Source: a virus
Taxonomy: Duplodnaviria; Caudoviricetes
DNA length: 47,251 bases
Strand: one strand, 5' to 3'
Virus record (IMG/VR): IMGVR_UViG_3300038530_003382
Span: 1-47,251 of that record
Within the stretch, counting starts at the first letter, position 1. Every line of letters begins with the position of its first letter. Both the position numbers and the translations under genes were made by a program. Below, piece by piece: positions 26,812 through 35,559 of the stretch. The notes beneath the pieces were generated by a model. The model worked only from the letters and a program-made list of their open reading frames with translations. It did not search any database and was not told the DNA's origin.

Positions 26812-28584
26812 CTAGGATGCACCTTCCTCACCTAAAAGGCCGCGGCAGATGACAAGACCGTACATATCTGGACGGACCATCTTCTTCGCGTAGCGAGTCA
26901 TAACACCCTTACGTGGTACGAAGTCTTCCACACCGAAGATGGTAGGAGTGACCTGTAGTGGTACGTAAGGAGCGTATACATAACCGCTCTCTAGGAAAGA
27001 ACCACCTTTACGTCCAACGAGCACGAGGTTACGTGGGAAGTAAGGATCAACATATACATCATAACGCTTGCTCAAAGTACCAACTTGTGCAGTACCAGCA
27101 GTGCCAGTAGCGTCATCGGATGTGACATTGGCACGGAATCCGGCAGTGAACTCAAGAATGTTAGCAACCTCTGGGGAAGTAACAAGGAAGTTTGCGCCGC
27201 CTCTTAGAGTCTTACGGTGAATCTGCGCAGAGATATCATTGATAGTCTCGCCAAGAGTCTCGTACCACTCTGAAACGGTACCGGTGAAGTCTGGAGCAGC
27301 AGATGCAGCGCCAAGCTCTACACCAGTCTCTTTGTCGACAAATAATCCTGGGCTACGTGACCAGTAGTATTTACCAGCAGTTGCACCTTTTACAAGGTCT
27401 TCAACGATCTCACGGTCGATCTCAAGAGCAATCTGCTCGGAGAGAATCGAAGTAAGCTCTACCTCTGCATCAAGGTTGTGGTATGCATTTAGGTCTTGAC
27501 CTAATTCTGGTGTCCACTTTGCCTTGAGCTTTTTGGTCTGTGCTGTAACCGAGAGGGAATCCACTTTGAGATTGATCTCTGGAATCGCCTCGTTGTTTTC
27601 CAAACCAAATGCGGTCGCGCCAACAACAGAACCAATGGCTCCACCTGGATCGAAGTTATCACGAATTGGCACCTCGTAGGTAAGGGCCGCTGCTGTCAGT
27701 GATTTCAAATCAGATGTTTGTTGTTCACTGTTTAGCGTACCAGAAGAGATGACAGCCAAGCGAACCTTTGTGGTGCTAGTCGTGGCCAAGTCAGCACTCT
27801 GGCTTAACTGTGACAAACGCTTCACAAAGAAGTTCTGGTTAAGATTTGCCAAAGGTGAAATTGCAACTAGGTTATCATAATCAAACTCTTCACCAGTTCC
27901 GACGAGAGAAGAGAAATCTTTCTCGATAAGAGCGAAAGAACTACCAGAAACTAGATCTGGGTCAAAACGAAGAATCGTGCTTAACTCGTTTGCAGTAAAT
28001 CCACTAGCATCACCTGGGTGGAGAACTGCTTTACCACCGTCAGTAATGGTACCAGAAGCAAAAACATCACCAGCTGTTGCGGAACCAGTAGGCGACGAGT
28101 AACCATTGCTTAAGTTATAAAACGATCCGGCAGTAGTGCCAGCCTCACCAATGAGGTTAACACCGTCCGCGATGCCTTTACCAACCTTTCCACCACCGTA
28201 TAGTGAATCTGGATCGGAGCTGCCACCGGCAAAATCTAAACGATCAGTTCCAAAGGTAAAGTCAAGGAAGAAGATAAGACCTGAAGGAAGCGACATTGGC
28301 TGAACGCTAACAAGGTCATTTGCAATAAGACCACCGAATACACGACGGACAATTGGGAAAGCAACAGCAGCGAAACCTTCTACGTCGCCACCGCTCATTG
28401 TTGAAACCTCTTTAAGAAGCTGCTTTGCTTGGTTTTCGAGAAGTCGGGCCATGTTATTCTTCTCTACATCATTTTGAAGGCCCTCTAGAAGACCGGTCTG
28501 CTCCCACTTATTTAGGAGTGCCGCACCTTCCTTACGCATGTCGCGACTAACGACACCTTCTGTAAGTTTTTCTAAAATAGACAT
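26812..28584 (-). CDS. major capsid protein (T4 gp23-like)
   Basis: LLENQA, FPIVRRVFG, VSVQPM..PSGLIF, KLKAKWTPELGQDLNAYH, EIDREI, YAPYVPL and GVMTRYA. Confidence 0.97.
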   Translation of the reverse strand: MSILEKLTEGVVSRDMRKEGAALLNKWEQTGLLEGLQNDVEKNNMARLLENQAKQLLKEVSTMSGGDVEGFAAVAFPIVRRVFGGLIANDLVSVQPMSLPSGLIFFLDFTFGTDRLDFAGGSSDPDSLYGGGKVGKGIADGVNLIGEAGTTAGSFYNLSNGYSSPTGSATAGDVFASGTITDGGKAVLHPGDASGFTANELSTILRFDPDLVSGSSFALIEKDFSSLVGTGEEFDYDNLVAISPLANLNQNFFVKRLSQLSQSADLATTSTTKVRLAVISSGTLNSEQQTSDLKSLTAAALTYEVPIRDNFDPGGAIGSVVGATAFGLENNEAIPEINLKVDSLSVTAQTKKLKAKWTPELGQDLNAYHNLDAEVELTSILSEQIALEIDREIVEDLVKGATAGKYYWSRSPGLFVDKETGVELGAASAAPDFTGTVSEWYETLGETINDISAQIHRKTLRGGANFLVTSPEVANILEFTAGFRANVTSDDATGTAGTAQVGTLSKRYDVYVDPYFPRNLVLVGRKGGSFLESGYVYAPYVPLQVTPTIFGVEDFVPRKGVMTRYAKKMVRPDMYGLVICRGLLGEEGAS

Positions 28585-28607
28585 TTATTTAATCTCCTTT
28601 GTTTATT

Positions 28608-29765
28608 CTATTTCAATCCTGCCAAACGCTTCATCCTATCGGAAAATGCGTCTGTATTGGGTTTTACCTCTTTTCGAGGAATAAACGCTGAAGAGCTACG
28701 TGTTACAACTTCGTTCAGTGATTCTTGCTTTCTGGTCTTTTTAGACTTTAAGCCCACTGCACTTTGAAGAGTTTCAAAAATTATTTTTGCTTCTTCAACT
28801 GTAGTTGCATTTGAGATAGCTTCGACAATTTTATCTTTTTGTCGCTCATTCAAGGAGATGCTATTTAAAATGCGATTTTGATAGAGCAGTTTAGCGTTAG
28901 ACAAATTGCTCTCGTCTAACTTTTGCTTTAGTTGCTCGATGACTGTGCCATACTTTTGTACTTTGTTTTCTAACAACTGGACTTTGTTGTTCATTTTCTT
29001 TTGCTCTCTTAAGAGAGATTTGTTTTCTTTTTGGAGGAGTCTGGATTCTTTCACTGCTCCATCTTTTGGATCTTTGTCAGCTTTGTTTGGAACCCCATCA
29101 CCATCATCATCAACACCCGCTTTAGTGCGGGGACCCTTGATGTACTTTCCTGGGTTTTTAACTTTCTCCTCTTCAAGTTCCTCGGCCTCTTCTAGCGTAT
29201 CAACCGGCGCGGTAGAAGTGTCAGCGACTTCTTCCACGGTTTCTTCATCTTTTAAATCAGGGCCAAGCTCTTCGCTAAGAACACTTTTAATAACTTCCAT
29301 AATTTCTGCTTCGTCTATATCAATCTCTTCATCCAGATCTTCTTCTTCTAGAAGATCGTTGATATCCTCATCTAGTTCAATTTCTTCATCCAAAGTATTA
29401 TCCTCTGTCATAGCAGAAATCTCTTGTGCTACCTCGTGACGATCTGTCATGTCGCTCGCGTCAACTTCATTTTCTTCCATTGCTTGTGCCATTAGCTCCT
29501 CAAGTTGGTCAAGATTTATTTCAATCACTTCTTCTTCGTCCATTAATTGAGCAGACGGTAGTTCATCTACCAAGCTAACTTCACCCTCGTCAACAACCAG
29601 CGCAGCCTCATCTTCTTCTAGAGTTTCATCTTGCTCTAAAATTTGACTAACCGCCTCTTTAATCTCTGACTGGTATTTTTCAATAACTGCCTCTTCAGCG
29701 GTTCTTTGAGCAGTTTCTTTTAATTGCTCGGCATCAATAATGGCTTGTTCTAACATTGAGGACAT
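28608..29765 (-). CDS. prohead scaffold/core protein (gp22-like)
   Basis: Very acidic coiled coil upstream of the capsid gene; NL.NAKLLY.N and terminal RMKRLAGL; start MSSMLEQ at 29765 with AAGGAG SD. Confidence 0.8.
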   Translation of the reverse strand: MSSMLEQAIIDAEQLKETAQRTAEEAVIEKYQSEIKEAVSQILEQDETLEEDEAALVVDEGEVSLVDELPSAQLMDEEEVIEINLDQLEELMAQAMEENEVDASDMTDRHEVAQEISAMTEDNTLDEEIELDEDINDLLEEEDLDEEIDIDEAEIMEVIKSVLSEELGPDLKDEETVEEVADTSTAPVDTLEEAEELEEEKVKNPGKYIKGPRTKAGVDDDGDGVPNKADKDPKDGAVKESRLLQKENKSLLREQKKMNNKVQLLENKVQKYGTVIEQLKQKLDESNLSNAKLLYQNRILNSISLNERQKDKIVEAISNATTVEEAKIIFETLQSAVGLKSKKTRKQESLNEVVTRSSSAFIPRKEVKPNTDAFSDRMKRLAGLK

Positions 29766-29789
29766 ACAAATCTCCTTTATAACTAACAT

Positions 29790-29797
29790 TAATTAGT
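29790..29797 (-). promoter_or_regulatory. putative late promoter motif ACTAATTA
   Basis: Upstream of the scaffold-capsid operon. Confidence 0.55.
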
Positions 29798-29815
29798 TAT
29801 TAAAATACTAAAAAC

Positions 29816-30058
29816 CTATTTTTGTCTTTGTTCTTCGCGTAGTTGGCGTTCACGATTTAGTTTTTGAATAAGTCTTTTTTTTCTTAATTTCTCTCGACGT
29901 CTTTTAATTGACGGTTTTTCATAGCGTTTTTTTGATAAAACTTTTTCTATGATTCTCTCATTTTTTACTTTTTTAGTAAAACGCCTAATTAACTTTTCTA
30001 CAGGTTCATCTCTGTGTCGTGGTTTTACTTCGACATTAATTGGTCTTTTGTTTCCCAT
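29816..30058 (-). CDS. rpsU: phage-encoded ribosomal protein bS21
   Basis: VEVK...EPVEKLIRRFTKKVK...I........YEKPSIKRRREK matches the S21 signature; 80 aa and basic. Confidence 0.85.
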   Translation of the reverse strand: MGNKRPINVEVKPRHRDEPVEKLIRRFTKKVKNERIIEKVLSKKRYEKPSIKRRREKLRKKRLIQKLNRERQLREEQRQK

Positions 30059-30066
30059 AATAACCT

Positions 30067-30486
30067 CTAAATCATTTTGGACCAGTCGCGATTAGCAACT
30101 GCCATTATACCAGCGATATCTACACCAGCGTCACTTGGTGAAACACCGCTTAAGGCGCTTGCTTGGCCGTTGGAAGGATCTGCTGCTTCTTCTATTGGTT
30201 GTGTCCCGCTAAAAACATCTACATCAAAACCAGCAGCGTCTAATAATTTTCTTTTTTGCGCCTTCATCATTTCATACTTTTGCTCTTGCAACTCTTGACG
30301 CTGTTGTTGCATAAGTTTGTTCTCTTGCATTACAGGTCTTTGCTGTGCTGGGGACTGTTGCAAGGGCTGGATGCCTTTAACAACCTCTGAAATGATACTA
30401 GATAATAAACCTTTCTCTAGAAGCACTTCATTAATACACTCTTCTACGATAGGCTTAATAACTCTTTTTAGTTGTGATTTTTTCAT
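30067..30486 (-). CDS. hypothetical prohead-associated protein
   Basis: N-terminus MKKSQLKRVIKPIVEECINEVLLE; located in the head module. Confidence 0.7.
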   Translation of the reverse strand: MKKSQLKRVIKPIVEECINEVLLEKGLLSSIISEVVKGIQPLQQSPAQQRPVMQENKLMQQQRQELQEQKYEMMKAQKRKLLDAAGFDVDVFSGTQPIEEAADPSNGQASALSGVSPSDAGVDIAGIMAVANRDWSKMI

Positions 30487-30487
30487 T

Positions 30488-31108
30488 TTACCTCTTGAAG
30501 TTTTTGATCTCTTCTCTGATAATTTGTTTTACATCTTCTTTTGTCAACTTAGACTCGCTGAAAGCATCTCTGGTTCTCATAGCATATTTTTTATTGTATT
30601 CTCGTTCTGATGCTTTTCGGCTTTTTCTAGCCGCTTCTTTCTCTGCTCTCGTCAGCACACCTACCATTGGTCGATTTGCAAATTCTGCTTTTCTTTTCTG
30701 TCTTAGTTCTTCTGCTTTTCTTTCTGCTTCTTCTGCTGCATTTTGATCAATTTCAGCGATATCGTCCGCAGCACTTTGTATTCTTGATTCGATATTTTTA
30801 GAAATACTTGCTTGGTGTGTTTTCTGAGACGACGACAACTTTTTTGGATCAAATCTTAGATTTTCTTCACCCAGTTTTGTCAACATTTCAATCATATCAA
30901 AAAACGGTTGTTTGTCGCCTCGCTCGGCGGCATCAAATCTATCTTTAATTCCTTTGGATCGTTTCTTCATTGCCGCATCGTATTTTTTTAAAAACGCACT
31001 GTATTCTTTGTTTGTGCCTTTAATAAAGTCCCCAATAGAGTCTAAAAAACCCTCTTGTTGGATTTCTTCTCTAATAATTTGTTTGAGTTGCTTTTGTGTA
31101 ATCTTCAT
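30488..31108 (-). CDS. putative internal head protein with KQIIREEI motif at both ends
   Basis: MKITQKQLKQIIREEI ... LTKEDVKQIIREEIK. Confidence 0.7.
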   Translation of the reverse strand: MKITQKQLKQIIREEIQQEGFLDSIGDFIKGTNKEYSAFLKKYDAAMKKRSKGIKDRFDAAERGDKQPFFDMIEMLTKLGEENLRFDPKKLSSSQKTHQASISKNIESRIQSAADDIAEIDQNAAEEAERKAEELRQKRKAEFANRPMVGVLTRAEKEAARKSRKASEREYNKKYAMRTRDAFSESKLTKEDVKQIIREEIKNFKR

Positions 31109-31762
31109 TTAATTTTGTCCCCTTAATATTTCGTTTAATACGCGATTGATTCTATCGCCTTTTGTAAAAAATTCTTTTGACTTGTTTTCAGACATGCGAA
31201 GTTTTACTCCACCATTTACACCATCCATTACATAAGCGCCTGGAGAAGATGGTTCTGAAACAGCGTCAAAACAAATAAGTTGCAAGTCGTCTTGCACAAC
31301 TTGAATAGAGTTTCCATACTCATCACGACTTTCTTGAAGCGAGCCCATGGCCCTAGATGAAAAGCCAAAAAGCACACCACTTTCATATAACCCTCTCAAG
31401 ATATCACCAGAGGGTGTTTTAAGGACCTTTACGGTTCCCAATACACTATCACCATCCCAATACATTCTTGTTATCATATGGGATGCATTTTTAAGATTAA
31501 TAACTGAATCGTCTGGATGATCACATTCACCCAATGCACGATTTTCTCTAATTAACTTTTGATAGTTTTCAACTTCTCTTTCAAGCACGTCACGAGGATA
31601 AGTTCTACCATTGCCATTTCTTACATTGCATTGCTGTAATTTAGCAGGAAACACAAGAAATCCTTGATTAATCATGTTTTTTTCGCCCTCTGTTAAGAGG
31701 TCGCGACATCCTCTGTCGTCGCATTTAAGTTCAAAAAACTCTCGTAAAAGTTGTTTAGCCAT
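31109..31762 (-). CDS. prohead core protease (gp21-like)
   Basis: NGNGRTYP, ALGECDHP, SH, TPSG.IL, GFSSRAMGS and FDAVSEPS.P.AY. Confidence 0.93.
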   Translation of the reverse strand: MAKQLLREFFELKCDDRGCRDLLTEGEKNMINQGFLVFPAKLQQCNVRNGNGRTYPRDVLEREVENYQKLIRENRALGECDHPDDSVINLKNASHMITRMYWDGDSVLGTVKVLKTPSGDILRGLYESGVLFGFSSRAMGSLQESRDEYGNSIQVVQDDLQLICFDAVSEPSSPGAYVMDGVNGGVKLRMSENKSKEFFTKGDRINRVLNEILRGQN

Positions 31763-31862
31763 TATTAATCCTTATAGCGGGCGTTACCCGCACGCCTATC
31801 GATCCGCTGCAGCAGCGACGGACAGGTTGTAGTTTCCACTTTGAAGTCCATTCGTTACGCAT
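31755..31862 (-). CDS. 35-aa Cys-Cys peptide (not in ORF track)
   Basis: AAGGAG-N5-ATG; MRNEWTSKWKLQPVRRCCSGSIGVRVTPAIRINNG*; fills the gap between neighbours and overlaps the protease start. Confidence 0.5.
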   Translation of the reverse strand: MRNEWTSKWKLQPVRRCCSGSIGVRVTPAIRINNG

Positions 31863-31864
31863 TT

Positions 31865-32173
31865 TTACTCCTTTTGGTTTACTTTCAAACCAAAGTCATT
31901 CACGAGCATTGCTAATAAATAACTTGTCCCAGAGGATAAACACCCTAAAAGAAAAGCATTTATTAAACTATAGTCAAATGTAAATAGTTCTGTAAAAGGG
32001 TTTATGCTCCATAAAAACACTCCGGCCCAAAAACCAAAGCATAGAGGGCACCTATAAAGTTTTCCATAGAACCCTACTTTGTCCATTAGTTGTCTAAATC
32101 TTTCAAATATAGAGCCATAGACAACAATCATTGTTAGACCATATGCGCACAAAACAAAATGTAATAAATTCAT
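31865..32173 (-). CDS. small membrane protein with CxxC motif (DUF1360-like)
   Basis: Hydrophobic segments and a CPLCFGFWAG motif. Confidence 0.7.
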   Translation of the reverse strand: MNLLHFVLCAYGLTMIVVYGSIFERFRQLMDKVGFYGKLYRCPLCFGFWAGVFLWSINPFTELFTFDYSLINAFLLGCLSSGTSYLLAMLVNDFGLKVNQKE

Positions 32174-32737
32174 TTATTCCTCGTAGTAGTAGCCGACAAG
32201 ACCATAGGCAGCGGTTGAACCTGGATAAGTGTTCACCGTGCCCTGTCTTGGTTCGTGGGGGATTTTTCCTAGTCGGGTAGTGTCCTCATCGGATGGCTCT
32301 GTTAAGTGCATATCAAAGCTATTTTCATAGTCTCTGTAAGCTTTTACGCCAGGGGCCTCTTCATGTAGGAACTTCGCGATTGAGTAAACAGTAACGTCGA
32401 TAGGGCTAACATTTTTTTGCTTTTCTTCAGGAATAAGAATAGCCCCTTCTAAAGATCCAAAAACATTACCACCTCTAACTTTGCCTGGATCTATAACGCC
32501 ATGCTTTGAAAGATATTCAAACATTCTAGACTGTGTTGCATAAACATGATCGCCATATCGGTCTTTAGATAAAGCAAATACTTTATTTTTTGATGGAGAA
32601 ACTAAAATGTCAATATCTGGATGGTCAAATATCATAATATCACCAGCCATAGTTTTTCTTGCTTTTAGCTCTACCACTGCATCTGGTTTGTCTATTTTAA
32701 TGCGAACTGGTTTTTTATTATCTATTGTGATTTTCAT
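32174..32737 (-). CDS. hypothetical phage protein
   Basis: 187-aa ORF translationally coupled within the head module. Confidence 0.75.
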   Translation of the reverse strand: MKITIDNKKPVRIKIDKPDAVVELKARKTMAGDIMIFDHPDIDILVSPSKNKVFALSKDRYGDHVYATQSRMFEYLSKHGVIDPGKVRGGNVFGSLEGAILIPEEKQKNVSPIDVTVYSIAKFLHEEAPGVKAYRDYENSFDMHLTEPSDEDTTRLGKIPHEPRQGTVNTYPGSTAAYGLVGYYYEE

Positions 32738-33549
32738 TATGATAAAATCTCTTTTTCTAGTTGCTGTATCTGTAATATCTTGTAAAGCGTGTTTTTATTA
32801 ATTGGTTCTTTTTGAACGTTTTGTAAAATATTTTCTATTTTAAAAAGATTTTCTTTAATGCTGCTGTCGTTTTTAACTTCTTCGAGCTGATGCGCATTGG
32901 CCACCATTTTCTTTAGTCGACCAATTTCTTCACTTAAATAAAAGTTAAATTCCAAGCCGTTATCTGCAAAAGAAGAAATATATTTAGAAAGTAGTTGCTT
33001 TTGCTCTTCAAGTAGTGTAGAGTAAGATTCATTAAATCTTTTAGTAAAACTTTTCACCACCAGAGAGGATACCTGTGGTGTTTGTTTTTCAATCTCTGGT
33101 TTTGAAGTTAGCCTTTCAACAATTTGTGTTTCTAAAAGAACCTTTGCCTTTGGCCCACTAGCAGTTCCAAAAACTTGTGAAATTGTTGCAAGATATTTGT
33201 AGTTCGGTACAAAGTTGTTAAATACGCCTTTAGATAATTGTTTATTTATTTTAGATATTGCAATGCTTTGTTCTTTGAAAAGTTGTTCTTGATTAATCTG
33301 ATTGTGCTGATGTTTGGCCTCTATAAGAATTTTTTCTGCGATTTTTTCTTTGAGGTTGTTATTTTCCATTAATGTTTTGTAAAGGTCTAACTCTTTTCGA
33401 AGCTGTGTTTTTGGTGCAAACGCCTCTTTCATAATTTTAATGGCTGCATTTCTTTTTTCGTTGTTTTTAGATACTGATTGCTTTACAATTTCGCGAACTA
33501 GCGCTTCGTAAATAAAAGCAGTATTTCTTTTTTTATTGTGCTTTGCCAT
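32737..33549 (-). CDS. hypothetical head-module protein
   Basis: 270-aa helical ORF directly after the portal gene; KHNKKRNT..IYE.L.R and VPNYK.LATI motifs. Confidence 0.75.
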   Translation of the reverse strand: MAKHNKKRNTAFIYEALVREIVKQSVSKNNEKRNAAIKIMKEAFAPKTQLRKELDLYKTLMENNNLKEKIAEKILIEAKHQHNQINQEQLFKEQSIAISKINKQLSKGVFNNFVPNYKYLATISQVFGTASGPKAKVLLETQIVERLTSKPEIEKQTPQVSSLVVKSFTKRFNESYSTLLEEQKQLLSKYISSFADNGLEFNFYLSEEIGRLKKMVANAHQLEEVKNDSSIKENLFKIENILQNVQKEPINKNTLYKILQIQQLEKEILS

Positions 33550-35556
33550 TTAACTTTGCTCCAAATCTTTAAAAATTTCTTTTATTTCGTCTCTAACTTC
33601 AAATATTTGTTTTTCTTCTTCTTCGTAATTAGTTGTTTTATTCTCAAAAATGCCATTACCAGTAGTCTTGAAAGAATCTAATCCTAACATTGTTGCTGCA
33701 TCTTTTGATAAATTCATTCTTATTTGGCGATCTGGCATTCTCGATATCTCATGAGAATGATCAGAACGATATGAGCGTTTCCTGGCGCCGCCACGTCTTT
33801 TGTCGGTCTTAACAGGTTTGTACTTTTTGCCTTTTGACTTTGTAGTTGTAGTCTCACCGGTTTTCTTATTGGTTATTTTGTAACTTGGTGCATCATCACG
33901 TTTTCCCAACGCACCGCCCTCATCTGGGGCACCACCTGGTTCAGCAAGAAGAGTTGTATCTTCGTCTGGTGGTTCTGGTGCATCGCCAGCATCAGGCTCA
34001 TCACCGCCAATATCTTCACCTCCAATATCGGCACCAAGTTCATCATCACCTAAATCACCGCCGCCAAGCGCAGCCAAATCACCACCACCTCCAGCGGCAG
34101 CGGCTGCAGATTCTTCTGCGACTTGCTCAAGAGCAGTTGCAATTTGCCTATCATAGAAAATTTCTCTTTGATTTCTTAAGAACTCGTCTTCTGATACATC
34201 AAAGATATTTTCTGCAATCCAACGTTTTGAGAAGTATCCCTCTGTTGCTTGCGAGGCCACACTGAATTTGGTGTTCCAAGTTTCAAGCTCTTGTAGCTCG
34301 GAAATCTTTGAAGGGTTGTTGAGTTTTAACTTAAAATTAATTAAATCGTCCCCGCGATAACCAAGAACATAAAGGTGAATAGTGGCTATCTTTTCCATTT
34401 CTGACACAAGAGATCGTTGTAGTCTCTGTACGGTTCTAGCAAAACGAATGTCTTTTTGAGCTAGCGCGCCTTTTTCCTCTTCTCCACCGTCTCCTCTTAT
34501 AAGATAAGATTGTGGAATTTTAAGAGCAGAGAACATTTTATCACGTAAATATTTTACATCATCAATATCACCAGTAAACTGTCCACCGGGAAGTGATTGA
34601 ATCTCTGTTTTCACTCCACCACGCACAGGAATAAAATAATCTTCTTCAACTGACATGGGATTATAACGTAGATCAACTTGACCAGTTTCCGGATCAACGA
34701 CCTGATTTCTCTTCATAGAAGTAATAAAGCGTTGCATGAAGTTTTCTATGTCTTGCGGTGGAATATTACCAACATCAACATAAAACACTTTTCTTTCTGG
34801 TGATCTAACAATACGGTAGGCCATCATTGCATCTTCAAGAAGTGTTAGTTGTCTCCAGATTCTACGAGCAGGATCAAGGATTGATGTTCCATATGGAGCA
34901 AATTTATCATTTCCTAGAACACGAAAGTGTGCAACCTGCCAGTTTTCAAAAGTAACGCCAGCGCTGTTCCATTGAAACTGAACATAATTTGGATTTTGTT
35001 TATCTTCGCCCTCCAATCTTTCTATTTCACGAGAAGGCAAGCCAATGACATTTTTGACGCCAAGGGTTGAATCAATATCCATGTAGAGGTAAAAATCACC
35101 GTATTTGCACATCGTTCTTGCCCAGCCAAAAAGATTAAATTCAATATTAAGAACTTTATAATACAAAGTCTCTAGTATCTGCTTTATCTCTTCGTCTTGG
35201 CATTGGATTTTTAACATTCTATTATAGACGTTAAAAGTGGTCATTTCATCTGCAAAAATGTCAAGGGCAGAAGCAAGCTCTGGGGTGTATTCCATTTGTT
35301 CAAAGTCACTATAACGGACTAAACGACTTTGAGTACTCATGTTATAGTTTGAGAAGTTGTCTAAAGGGTTATAACCTGAACGTTCAAACTTCTGACCAGC
35401 GACATCTTTAAAAGTTTGCGCATATTTATCTAGTCTTCTTCTACGAAGCTGTCTAGTGTTCTGCGTCCTATAGTTAATAATAGGACCAGAAAACAAACGA
35501 GTCAGTCTTTTAAAAAGTGGTGATTCTGTGTTTTTAGTGTTTTCGTTTCCAGCCAT
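33550..35556 (-). CDS. portal protein (T4 gp20-like)
   Basis: ALDIFADE, KYGDF, LEDAMMAYRIVRSPERKVFYVDVGNIPP, EDYFIPVRG, LPGG and ALKIP. Confidence 0.96.
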   Translation of the reverse strand: MAGNENTKNTESPLFKRLTRLFSGPIINYRTQNTRQLRRRRLDKYAQTFKDVAGQKFERSGYNPLDNFSNYNMSTQSRLVRYSDFEQMEYTPELASALDIFADEMTTFNVYNRMLKIQCQDEEIKQILETLYYKVLNIEFNLFGWARTMCKYGDFYLYMDIDSTLGVKNVIGLPSREIERLEGEDKQNPNYVQFQWNSAGVTFENWQVAHFRVLGNDKFAPYGTSILDPARRIWRQLTLLEDAMMAYRIVRSPERKVFYVDVGNIPPQDIENFMQRFITSMKRNQVVDPETGQVDLRYNPMSVEEDYFIPVRGGVKTEIQSLPGGQFTGDIDDVKYLRDKMFSALKIPQSYLIRGDGGEEEKGALAQKDIRFARTVQRLQRSLVSEMEKIATIHLYVLGYRGDDLINFKLKLNNPSKISELQELETWNTKFSVASQATEGYFSKRWIAENIFDVSEDEFLRNQREIFYDRQIATALEQVAEESAAAAAGGGGDLAALGGGDLGDDELGADIGGEDIGGDEPDAGDAPEPPDEDTTLLAEPGGAPDEGGALGKRDDAPSYKITNKKTGETTTTKSKGKKYKPVKTDKRRGGARKRSYRSDHSHEISRMPDRQIRMNLSKDAATMLGLDSFKTTGNGIFENKTTNYEEEEKQIFEVRDEIKEIFKDLEQS

Positions 35557-35559
35557 TTT

